NCBI RefSeq assembly: GCF_000142905.1
Contig: NW_013657671.1
Coordinates: forward strand, 1 to 64,000
Origin: Thecamonas trahens ATCC 50062
Taxonomy: Eukaryota > Protista > Apusomonadida
Direction of reading: 5' to 3'
Length of the DNA: 64,000 bases
The notes beneath the pieces are model-generated. The model was not told the DNA's origin, did not search any database, and was given only the letters and a program-made list of their open reading frames with translations. Below, in pieces: positions 1 to 10,129 of the stretch. The first letter of the stretch is position 1; each line of letters begins with the position of its first letter. The translations under genes were made by a program, and so were the position numbers.

Positions 1-369
1 ACCCACATCAATCTGCAAGCCCAATCGCCATACCCACTACCATTCCGCCCGTCACGACCCCACGTCACGAACCCCCTTCATCCCCCCCTACCATACTCAT
101 TACGCCCCCTTACCCTCAACCACCACCCTCACCCCCTTTTCCACCACTAGCACCATCGTCGCAGCCACAACTCTCACCCCCATGCCATGGCCATACCCAC
201 TACCATCCCATCGCGCACCCCGCTTCCTCTTTCTCCTCCTCCTCCTCCTCTCCGAGCTCTAGCTCGCCCCCATCCTCATTCCCGACTCCGACACCCACAC
301 CCCTCAATCATCACATGCCATACTGCCCACCCACCAACCAACAACAATCTCAAGCCACCCAGCTCCGAC

Positions 370-1190
370 CCATCCGGATGTCGATGTCAATGGCAGGTGG
401 GACGGCCCGAAATGCTTCCACCACGCGCTTCCCGAGGCGTTAGCGAAGAGCGCCACAAGGGCGACGCCGCGGGCTCGGCGCTCCCGCTTCCGCCAGGGAC
501 GAGCCGCGAGGCCGATCGTCGCACGCTGCGCCGGCTCGCGCGCCCATCGCCGCCGCCGCCGCCCGACTCGGACGCCTCGGGCGTCGTGCTCCTCGAGCTG
601 AAGCGGCCGTTCTTTGCGATGCGCGGCGGCGCGCACGCGGTGAAGGACCAGACGGCGGTCGAGGGAGGCCGTGGCGTTTGCCCGCGCCGCGCCGACCGAC
701 ATCGGGCTCGCAACACCGCCGCGAGACGGCGCGTTGGCGGCCGCCGTGGCGCTCGACGTCATGCGCTTCCACTTTCTCCTCGACGCCGGCTCGGACGACG
801 CCGTCGCCCGGATCGCGCTCTCTGGCTCTGCGCTCGACGCGCGCGACTGCGTGCTTGCGCTCGTCGGCCTCCTCGGCGCCGTGTTCCCGGACCACGTCGG
901 GCATCTGCCGTGCGGAACGAGCGGCTCCGCGCGACTCGCGGCCTCTGCGTCTGAGCGACGATGTCGGCGACTACAACGACACGGGCGCGACGCACTTTGA
1001 TGGGTGTGGCGCTTTGTCGGCCCGGCCGAGCGTCTCGGCAGCGCTCCTCGAAGCGCATCTAGAGCGCGTGGCGGTCGAGGCGCCAGCTGAGAGCGCGTAC
1101 GAGCTCGCACTCGCCGGTTGTCGGGCGGGCATCGCCCAGCATCGCGCCCGCCGTCGCGCGCTCGGCAACGTCTCCAACACCATGCAGTGA
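370..1190 (+). pseudogene. Degenerate or frameshifted paralog of the PD-(D/E)xK nuclease-like gene at 2440-3902
   Basis: VLLELKRPFFAMRGGAHAVKDQ (~586-650) matches FLAELKRPFDRLAGGGGSAKDQ of the downstream gene. Coding continues in other frames (AFARAAPTD..., then ...RRALGNVSNTMQ*), so at least 2 frameshifts. 5' end unclear. Confidence 0.6.
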
Positions 1191-1250
1191 ACGGACAAAC
1201 CGCAAGCCGCGCAGCTATCGGCGCCCCGCCTTTCTCTGTGAATGCATCTT

Positions 1251-2258
1251 TCATCGCCATGTGCACGACATGTCGTTCAACTCCTTGTGTCCACACTCCA
1301 CACTCACGCTGAGCTGGAGGCGCTGCGGATGAACGACGAGGCGGTGAGGGCCATGCCGTCGCGGGTCTCGACCTTTTACAGGCAACAGAACGCATACATC
1401 GACTCGCTGCACAAGCTCGACGAGCAGCAGCGTCGTCTGCACGCGCCGCAGCATGTTGAGGCGTAGGGCGCCGTCGCCGCACCGCATCGCGCGCCGCAGC
1501 CAGCTGCCGACGGCCTTAAACTCGGCCTGCGACCACGACGCCGCGTTGCAGATGTCCACCACCTCGGCGCCCGTCAGCTCGTAGATCTCCGGCACGGGCA
1601 CGAGCCGGACCACGGGCTCGGCCGTCCCCCGCTTGATCTTGTCTGTCGTCCCGAAGAGTAAGAGGCGCGTCCCCCCCCCTCGCCGTCGGGAACCTCCCAC
1701 ACGGCGAGCGGCTTCTTGCCCGGCGGCTCGACGTCGGCGCCCGTGTACCGCCGCGGCGCGTCGGCGTGCGGGTACCAGAGGAACGCCAGCCGCTGCGTCG
1801 GCGTCTCGAGCCGCGCCCACACCTCGAGCGCCGCGTCCTCCAGCTCGTCCACCGTCATCGCCGTCGCCCGTTCCGGCGGCAGCAGATCAAAGACGAGCGG
1901 CAGGCTCTCGCGGCTCACCCGCGCCACCGCCGCGTCGTCGCTCGCAAACTCGCTCCCGTACTTTACGTCAAACTCGGTGAAGATCGACGCGATCGGCGCC
2001 ATCTTGCTCTTGTACAGCGGGTTACCGCCCTGGGCGATCGAGTTGCTCACGGCCTCCACCTGCGCGCCCGTCACCCGCTCGAGCGTGACGCGGCCTGCCG
2101 TCCCTGACTCTACCAACGCCGTCGGCGGCCGGCTCGAGCCTGCTGCCGAACCCGAGCCGGCCGCGAGTGGCGGGTGGGACTCGGCGGCGGGTGGCGAGTC
2201 GGAGTCGGACGACGACGCGCTGCCGCTGCCGGAGGGCAGAGTCGACGACTCGGACATG
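1251..2258 (-). CDS. Orphan protein, frameshifted at the C9 run 1671-1679
   Basis: ORF 1574-2419 (from MSESSTLP) joins ORF 1251-1820 (TRLLLFGTTDK...) at the homopolymer; sequence looks globular; 3' end uncertain. Confidence 0.5.
1305..1466 (+). pseudogene. Isolated fragment resembling the N-terminal segment of Mn-CDF (cation efflux) transporters
   Basis: DEAVRAMPSRVSTFYRQQNAYIDSL resembles the FYxxQNxxID motif upstream of TM1 in MTP8/11-type CDFs; no transmembrane part follows. Confidence 0.4.
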
Positions 2259-2439
2259 GCAGTCCGGCGTACGAGGCTGCTCGCACCGTAAAGACAAGAC
2301 GTTGGCCGTGGTGATGTGGGGACGAGCCCGATGGCGCCGTCGGCCGCCGCGTCCGCCCGCCAGCCGAACAAACTTTTGATCAGGCGCGCGCCAGCACCGC
2401 TGGACCAAGTGTTCCACACTCAACTCGCTCGCCACGCTA

Positions 2440-3902
2440 TGGCCGAGGAGGAGAATGCACGCTTGCGTCGGGAGTTGGAGGATGCATTGGCGCGTGCCGC
2501 CGAAGAGCGGGCGGGACGGGAAGAAGCGTTGGCGCGTGCTGCTGCGTCGGATGCGCGCGCCGCAGCCACAGCGTCGGTCCTATGCGTGGCGGACGGGCGC
2601 CTCGGCACCGTCCCCGACCTCCGGGCGTTCATGGCTGCGTACGTCCGCGACGTGTGGCCGGCCGCGCCCGACGAGCTCGACGCCGCCGTCGCTGCTGCAC
2701 TCGCCGAGTATGTCCCGAGCGAGCGTAGCGCGAACGAGTCGGCCGAGTTCAGCTCGCACTCGAGCTCGAGCCAGCGCGGGCTCCGGTTCTCTGCGTTCCG
2801 GCGGCACCTGGAGGACGATGTTGTCGTCAAACTCGTGCGAAGCGACGTGATGAGCCTCCTCGGCGGAGCAGTGGCCGGCGCGCTCGGGGCCGGCGTCGCC
2901 GACACGCTTGTGGCCGACCTCGAGCTCGCCCGCTCGTTCCTCGTCGTCGAACGAGCGCGTCAGCGCGCGGTAGCCGAGGCGGCGGGGGCAAGCAGCTCGT
3001 CGGCGGCAGTCTCGGAGGACTCGGTGGTCTTCTACGTCGCGCAGTGGTGGCTCGGGCAAGCGGCGGGCGCGGTGGCCGACGCGTGGCAGGTCTTTGACGG
3101 GCGCGGCGCCGAGGTCTCGGTGACGGTGCCCGTCACGGACCGCACGGCGCGGAGCTACACGGGCAAGACGGACGTCTTTGTGGGGCTCGGCGCAGCGAGC
3201 GCCGACGCCGACGCCGCAGTCGAGGTCGAGCTTGGTCTCTGGTTTCTCGCCGAGCTCAAGCGGCCGTTCGACCGGCTGGCGGGCGGGGGCGGGAGCGCCA
3301 AGGACCAGCTCCTCCTCGAGGTTGCGGCGTACGCGACGTCGCGGGAGGCATCACGCGCCGAGGAGGCTCCGTGGCGTCCGATGGTCGGCGTCGTGACCGA
3401 CCTCTTCCGCGTCAACGTGGCGTTCGACCTCCCCGACTCGGCGTGGGACGACGGGCCGTGGCAGCTGGGGCTGGGCACGCGCGTGGTGACGCCGGCGGCC
3501 GAGTACGTGCGCGTCGTGTTGGGCGCGCTGGTCCTCGCGTACTGGGACGACGTCAGCGAGGGCGTGCGGGCGGCAGCCTCTGCTGAAGGGGCGGCGTCCG
3601 TGAGCGCTTGGGTGGAGCGCCTCGTGGCGGACGAGGACGTCGACGTCTTTGCGAGCGAGGAAGGCTCGTCTGATGATGAGACAGAGGCTGATGACACGAC
3701 ACCCCGGCCACGGCGCGCGCTCCGGTCGGGCGCGGCGCGGTCGAGCGCCGCGCCGACGGCTGCGTCGAGCAGCGCCTCGTCGTCGTCGCACGGCTCTGGT
3801 GCGCGCGCAAGCCAGGGGAGCGTGGAAAAGCGCTTTCAGCGCGTCGCCGCGACGCGCGAGGCCTTGCTCGAGATCGTGGGTAACACGGTGGCGAGCCGGT
3901 AA
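2440..3902 (+). CDS. Putative PD-(D/E)xK restriction-endonuclease-fold protein (Crinkler/CR-REase-like) with N-terminal coiled coil
   Basis: Motif order SEDSV...YTGKTDVFV...LAELKRP...KDQLLLEVAAY...GVVTD fits the REase core (E, GxxD, ExK, Qxxx(x)Y, GhhTD). Intronless. Confidence 0.65.
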
Positions 3903-4180
3903 ATCCGTCCGCCAGCCTCTGCGATGATAAGGTGCGTGAGCCTTCCCACCACGCACGATCCTCAGCTGTTAGTATGACTTGCGCCCCGTCGGATAGGCAA
4001 CCTTCCCGTCGGACGCCGCCACCCTCACTTCGTCGCCCACGAGCACAGACTCTGGCGCCGCGACGTGCCGGCAGCCCCGCCCGCCGGGCGGCGCCGCCCG
4101 CCCGCACTTCATATTTTCAAACGCGCTCGGAGCGCAACACCTCACATCCCCACCCCACCTCACCCTCCACCACCCCCACC

Positions 4181-5421
4181 ATGTCGCGCCCCGGGATGTT
4201 CGACGACACGCCCGGCGCACACACCATGTTTGGCCGGTGGATGGTCGAGACGCTCCTCGCCGACCGTCTCCGCCGCCCCGTGGCCCCCCGTGGCCGCCGG
4301 CCCTCGGCCCCTTCCGCGCGTGCTACACCCCGGCCTGCCGCGGCGCGAGCGACTACCTCGTCACCGCCGCCCACGGCGTCGCCGGCCCGCTCACCCTCTG
4401 CGAGCGCTGCTTCTGGCCGCCCGTGCTCGCCGCGTTTGGCGCCGAGTACAAGCTCGAGGCCGACGCCGCCGCCGCCGACGCCGCTGTCATCGACCTCCCG
4501 CCCGTCGCCTTGCCGCTGTTCGGCCCGGGCGTGGCGTTCACGCTCGACGCCGTGTGGCGCGTGACGCCGCTCGCCTCGCCCCCCCTCTCTGCGCCGCACT
4601 GGCTGGCGGACGAGCGGCCGACGGCGCGCCTGCTCGACGGCGTGTGGGCGGCGCTCCCGGGCGAGCGCGGCGGCGGGACCAACGCGCGGCGGGTGCGGCA
4701 GCTGGAGCGCGGGCCGGACGCGACGCCGGTGCTTGTTGGCACGCACGCGCTCATCTTCCTCCGCAACGCGCTCGACTCGGTGCCGTACGTGACGGGCGCC
4801 GTCCGCTCGCGGGCGTTTGGGTGGCTCGCCGACGAGTGGGCCGACGCGTCGACGGGGACGCGGCCGTTCGCCATGTCGGGCTTTGGGCGGTGGTTCAAGG
4901 AGCACGGCGCCGAGCACTTTACGGCCAACCACACGCGCCAGCAGGTCTACGACCGGCTCGTCCGCTACTTTGTCCGCCGCGTCGTCGGTGGGTGCAAGGT
5001 CTGGTCGCGCACCGGCTATTCGCCCGAGACCGCCGACGACGCGCTCTTCGAGTGGTCCGAGCTCCCGCGCGGCGGCCCGCCGATGCTCGTGAGCCTCCGC
5101 AACGCGCTCAACGCCGTCCCGGCCGTGCCCGACGCCGCATCCGGGCGCGCGTTCGGCTGGCTCGGCTCGGGCCGCGACGCCGACGTCGGCGGCCGGGCCT
5201 TTGACATGTCCGGCTTTGCGGACTGGTTTGCCGAGGACGGACGGAGCTACTTTCCGGCCAGCTACTCGTGCAAGCAGATCCTCGCGTGTCTCAAGTGCTA
5301 CTTTGCGGTGCGGGTGGTCGCGGCGAGTGCTTTGCTGACGCAAAGCGAAAGTATTTATCGGCGGCACTCTCCTTTTTTTAACAAAAGGCCCACTCAGGGA
5401 GGTGCTAGTCCTCGGAGATGA
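4181..5421 (+). CDS. Orphan protein with Cys cluster and two tandem ~80-aa domains; frameshift at the C6 run 4284-4289
   Basis: ATG 4181 frame joins ORF 4237-5421 if one C is added. CxxxxC...CxxC, then LRNAL..VP....RAFGWL....F.MSGF..WF.E.G...F twice. Confidence 0.55.
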
Positions 5422-7530
5422 CGACAACGTAGTCGTCTTTGTGCCAGACGATGGGCGTGGACTTGTCGAGGGGGTTAAGAACAGGATCAGGATCAGTGTC
5501 GGGCCTGCGGTAGCCGATGAGGATGTGGCCGCGCGCGAGCGCGCGCGAAGTAAGCTGGTAGAAGGAAAGCGTCTCGCCGTCGTCGGCGTAGAGCCACATG
5601 TGCTTGATGTGAATTTCGGGGCCTTCTGCGGTGAAAAGGGCGTCAACAATGTCAGCCATGACCGACTGCTCAGCGATCTGGGTGAGGACCATCGTGTACC
5701 CTACTACATACACACACTACCTCGTTGCACAATGTGCAGGACCGAGGTGGTGCGCGGGTCGAGGATTTCCGAGACGATGACCGAGTCGGGGTTGCCACGC
5801 TTGGTCTGGATGTCGCGGACGAGGAGCATGGTGACCATAGTCTGCGAGTCTGAAGCCATGCCGGACGACGGCGCGCCGGCGTTGTCGCCACCAAGGACCA
5901 TGACCACGTCAAAGTGCTCGAGTGGGAGTGCCTCGAGCTGGCTTCGCGCGATGGGGTTGCCGGTCACATGATAGAGGTTCATGTTGGTTGTCGACGGGAT
6001 GACGCCATCGCGGGTCGCCTCGTGGCGCTCAGCAAGGGTAAGCGGGGAGAGGACGGTGAGGGACGAGCCTGGTGCGACCCACTGGTCGAGCTCCACGATC
6101 ATGTCCTCGACGTCGCGGCGCCAGCCGCAGAACAGGACGTGCTCTGCCGGGTGCGGCGGCTCGGGCGCGTCGAGCGCAGGCGATGGCGAGCCGGGCAGAG
6201 CCCAGGCCGAGCGCGGCCGGAGGGTGTACGAGTCGTTGTCCTCGGCAATGACGACAACGGCGTCGCCAGTTTGCAGAACGTAGTCGGACGGCGGAAGCAT
6301 GACGAGCGGCGATTTGCCTGCTCGGGAGTTGCCGTACTTGATGCCGACTGGAACAGCGCCGTCAAAGGCTGCGAGGACCGCGGCAAACGACACACCCTCC
6401 AGTTGCGGCCAGACTTGGACGTAGAGCTCGTTGCGGTCAAACTCAAGGAGGTGGGCAAAGATGGAGGCGAGGCCTGGCTCGCGTGAGCACTGGATCATGA
6501 TGCGGCCCATGATGTCGTGGGCCACGACGGGGATGACCTCTACGGACGACGACGACATGGCGAGCTTGACAATGTCCAGGTTGTCAACGTCCGAGAGCTC
6601 GACCACGACATGGCCCGAGAGCGACGGCGACGACGCGAGCGCCAGGCACGAGCGGACAACCTGAGCGTCGGCTTCGTCGGCGCTGCCGCCGGGTGAGAGG
6701 ACCACGATCGAGCGCGCCGTCGGGACCGAGCACTTGCGCAGATCGTAAACGTCGATGGGCGAACCGGAGCGAGTGACAACTCGCGTTCCGCGCAGCATCT
6801 CTGGACTCAGCTCCTCCATGAGCATGGTGTCCATCTCCTCCTTGGGCATGGCCGCCATGATGACCACCGTCCCACCGCCCTCGGACTCGTTGGCGAGCGC
6901 AATCTGCACAATCATGGGCACAATATTGGGCGTCCAGCCGAGAATGAGCGAGTGGCCCGACTCGACAACCGCCGAACGGCCCTCCTTAAGCGACTCCATC
7001 TTCTGGGCAATGCCGTCGCCGATGAGACCGACGAGCAAAGCAAAGAAGAGCATGCCGCCGAGAGTGAGAGCGACGCCGACTGCCCGTGGGCCAAGGCCAT
7101 TCTCCTCGGCGTGTGTGCCCGGGTCTGCAACCATGACCCACGACATCCACAAGGCTTCACTCAGCGATCGGTCCCACGCCGCAACGTAGTACAGCAAGCC
7201 ACCCACAACGATGAGGACGGCGGTGACGACGGCGAGCAGAAGGTACTTTGAGCTCGGAAAGGTGGCAAAGAAGTAGTCGAGCCGATACGCCGCCACGGCC
7301 TTCCAGTCGTCGACAACCTCGCTCCCCGCTTGCTTTCGCACCCTTGCCCTCTCCACCTCGCTCACCTTGCCGAGCACAGCTGTGTGCGTCCGCGTCTTGC
7401 GCATCCGCCGCAGCGTCATGGCCGTGTCTGCCAGCGGGGCTCCAGCGCGGGTGGGTAGCACAGTCGACATCCGCCGCGCCCGCAATCGTGTCGCCAGTGG
7501 CACATGCTCCATAGACGACATGCTCTCCAC
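5405..7530 (-). CDS. CASTOR/POLLUX/DMI1-family cation channel
   Basis: Pore ALWMSWVMVADPGTHA; RSAVVESGHSLILGW; TRSGSP; VAHDIMGRIMIQCSREPGLA; GWRRDVEDMI; SEILDPRT; C-terminal LFTAEGPE...LSFYQ...ILIGYR in a second frame. Junction at 5701-5720. Confidence 0.93.
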
Positions 7531-8427
7531 CTCTGCTGGTCCCGGGTCAAGTGGTGCTCAGCGTCGTCGTCGGCGAGCGGCCGAGCAGAGTGCGCGAGTC
7601 GTGAGCGGGCCGACGTGATAGTGTCCGGTGGAATGTGAACGATAAGGGCTGGATATCGACAATCGCAGCAGTAGAGGTGATGTGCAAGACATGACTACAC
7701 TATGTGGTGGGGAAATGGTGGTGTGTGGGGTCTCGGCGGTCGTCGATGGGCTGTTGGACGCGGATGCGGCGGTGCGGGAGTGGCAGAGTGCGGCATGACC
7801 AAAAACGAATGGCAAAACGAGTGGCAATCGTTTGCTTCCGGTGGGCCGGACGAGAAGGTCGTGGGGGTGGGAATGGGACGATCGTGACGAGTTGGTGGTA
7901 GCAAAGTGAAGTTAGTGCAATGCTGAGGTTACGGTGGATGGAAGGAGAGGCAAAGAGCGGGCGTAGCATGGATGATGCGGCTGTTTGAGATGCTGAAAAA
8001 GGATGAGGTGAGAATCGGAGATCATGGTTGAGGTGACATAGTAAGCAGTAGGCGGCTTGCTGGGCATGGCGCAAGATCACGGGAGCACAAGGCAAAAGAC
8101 ATGATGTATATGAGCAGAGGGCAGAAATAGAGATAGTCCAAGGGCGCTCTTGGAGATCACGTTGTAAGGATCGCGGTAAACTAAGGGTGGCTTGGCCTCT
8201 GCGACAGGGAGACAAGCAAGACGATTGTAGAGAGACTTGCGATGACATGGGCCGGATCCCGGCGAGGAGGACTCGTGGCAGTCACGTGTGCTGATGGTGT
8301 AGTCTCAGAGTCTGCGGAGAGGCAACAAACCAAGTCACAGCTGGACAGGAACCTCTGGCTGCTGGGCGACGGCTCGACGGCCCGACGGGAGCGACGGGAT
8401 GGATATCGGAGACCGACTGGACGGCTA

Positions 8428-8826
8428 CTACTGCCACGGTTGTGGAAAGACGGCATCACGTGCGTCACGGGCTCTGCGAACAAGAGCGAGATCGAGATCA
8501 GCGGCTGAGACAACGAGGCGAGCGACGAGCACACCGTCCTGCCAGCAGCCAAGAGCCGCGACCTGACGACCGGGAATGAGAGCCGAGTCGGCATCTAGCA
8601 GAGGCGTAGCGAGAGTAACGGCGTCATCGACGTACGCTTTGTCGGCGGCAAGATCCACGGCGGTCACGGAGCCATAGAGGCGAAGATAGGCGCCGTCCGG
8701 GACGTGACCGACGCGCAGCTCGTCAGCAAAGACCACCCTCCCGGCACAGATGCCCACCTCTCGCGGCTTTGCCTCGCCCGGAGCCACAAGCGCAACCTTC
8801 ACACCTACAGTCTCTGACGCAGCCAT
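8428..8826 (-). CDS. TEN1: Probable CST complex subunit TEN1 (small OB fold)
   Basis: 132 aa; LRLYGSVTAVD...GRQVAALG...LVARLVVSAADLDLALVRRARDAR matches the TEN1 pattern. Confidence 0.65.
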   Translation of the reverse strand: MAASETVGVKVALVAPGEAKPREVGICAGRVVFADELRVGHVPDGAYLRLYGSVTAVDLAADKAYVDDAVTLATPLLDADSALIPGRQVAALGCWQDGVLVARLVVSAADLDLALVRRARDARDAVFPQPWQ

Positions 8827-9025
8827 ACCGCCCACACCCAACCGCCTTGTCGTCTTGTCGCGCCCTGGCGACGAGTCTGTCCCGCCCACGCCTGCGCCCA
8901 CGCCCTTGGCCGTCCGAGTCGCCCACTTTGCACACGGCGCACTCTCTCTTGGCTCGACCCACGGCGCTTTGTTCAAGTAGTTCGACGGCATCCGCTACTA
9001 CTCGCTGACAACACCGACGTCATCC

Positions 9026-10105
9026 ATGCGCTCGTCGCTCGCTGCGCTGATGCTGCTTGTGGTGGGCATTGTTGTGGTCTTTGTCTTTGCTTCGGCTCGC
9101 CTGGCGGCTCAGCCGTCGGCGGCAGCGAGTGCGACGTCGACGCATCGGCAGACGTTGCCGACGACTTCTCGCACGCATCCGCCGCCATCAATGGATGGAT
9201 CTCAGGAGTCAGGGGGTAGAGTTGGCCGGCGTGGAGATGGTGGCGATGAGGCAGAGTCGCCACGACTGTGGTCGTCGTCGTCGGCATGGACCGGCTCACA
9301 GCTGTCGTCACAGGGCTCGTCGTCATCATCGTCGCGGGCTGGTTTGTATGGCGGCGCGGATGCAGACGCGGATGCAACGGAGTATGATGTTGGTAAGCGA
9401 GTGTTTGCATTCTCACTTTACTCGGACACAGCCAAGTTTATGGTTGGAGCGGTGGAGAATGCCAAGTTGGTGCGGGAGCTGTTTCCCGGCTGGATCGCTC
9501 GATTCTACCACGACAAGAGCGTGCCAGCGGCTGTTCTGGAGGAGCTGACAGCGCTGGGAGCCGAGCTTGTAGACTGCTCTGATGCAGGGATCGAAGGATC
9601 ACAGGCTGGCATGTACTGGCGATTTCTGGTGGCGGAGGGCGAGCTGGACGCGTATGCTGTGCGCGACGTGGACGCGCGACTGATGGAGCGGGATGTGGCG
9701 GCGGTGAACGAGTGGCTGGTATCCGGCAAAGACTACCATGTCATTCGCGACCATCCAGAGCACTCACGGTTTCCGATGTGGACCATGCTTTGGGGTGGGC
9801 GCACACCCATTCACAACATACGGGAGCTCATTGTGAATCACGCCGACACGCACGTCTTTTTTAACGACATGCACTTTGTCAACAGCTACGTGTGGCCGCT
9901 GATCAAAGGCTCGGTATTTGAGCACGACTGCTGGTCGTGTACGACGCTTGGCGGCAAGTGTGTGGACGTGGTGCGGTCGGAGGCAGGCGAGCACATGGGC
10001 GCGGTGTTTGACGAGCACGGCGAGATGCGGGCCGGCGACGTGGCGATCCTCAAGCGACGGATGCCCGAGCCGGCAGCGTGTCGCACGTACCAAACTCCAA
10101 AATGA
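9026..10105 (+). CDS. Type II membrane putative GT-A glycosyltransferase
   Basis: N-terminal TM, Ser-rich stem, FSLY...GAVENA...FPGW, MYWRF, RDVDAR (DxD), EWL.SGK..HVIRDHPEH. Confidence 0.7.
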   Translation: MRSSLAALMLLVVGIVVVFVFASARLAAQPSAAASATSTHRQTLPTTSRTHPPPSMDGSQESGGRVGRRGDGGDEAESPRLWSSSSAWTGSQLSSQGSSSSSSRAGLYGGADADADATEYDVGKRVFAFSLYSDTAKFMVGAVENAKLVRELFPGWIARFYHDKSVPAAVLEELTALGAELVDCSDAGIEGSQAGMYWRFLVAEGELDAYAVRDVDARLMERDVAAVNEWLVSGKDYHVIRDHPEHSRFPMWTMLWGGRTPIHNIRELIVNHADTHVFFNDMHFVNSYVWPLIKGSVFEHDCWSCTTLGGKCVDVVRSEAGEHMGAVFDEHGEMRAGDVAILKRRMPEPAACRTYQTPK

Positions 10106-10129
10106 ATGCGTTTACGTTGGGCAGGGCGA

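Noticed and set aside
1-360. C-rich start as telomeric repeat
   Set aside because: No regular telomeric unit; resembles the C/A-rich intronic and intergenic sequence elsewhere in the window.
7560-8420. Short ORFs or ncRNA in the longest intergenic stretch
   Set aside because: No coding motifs or recognisable RNA structure; probably promoter and UTR sequence.
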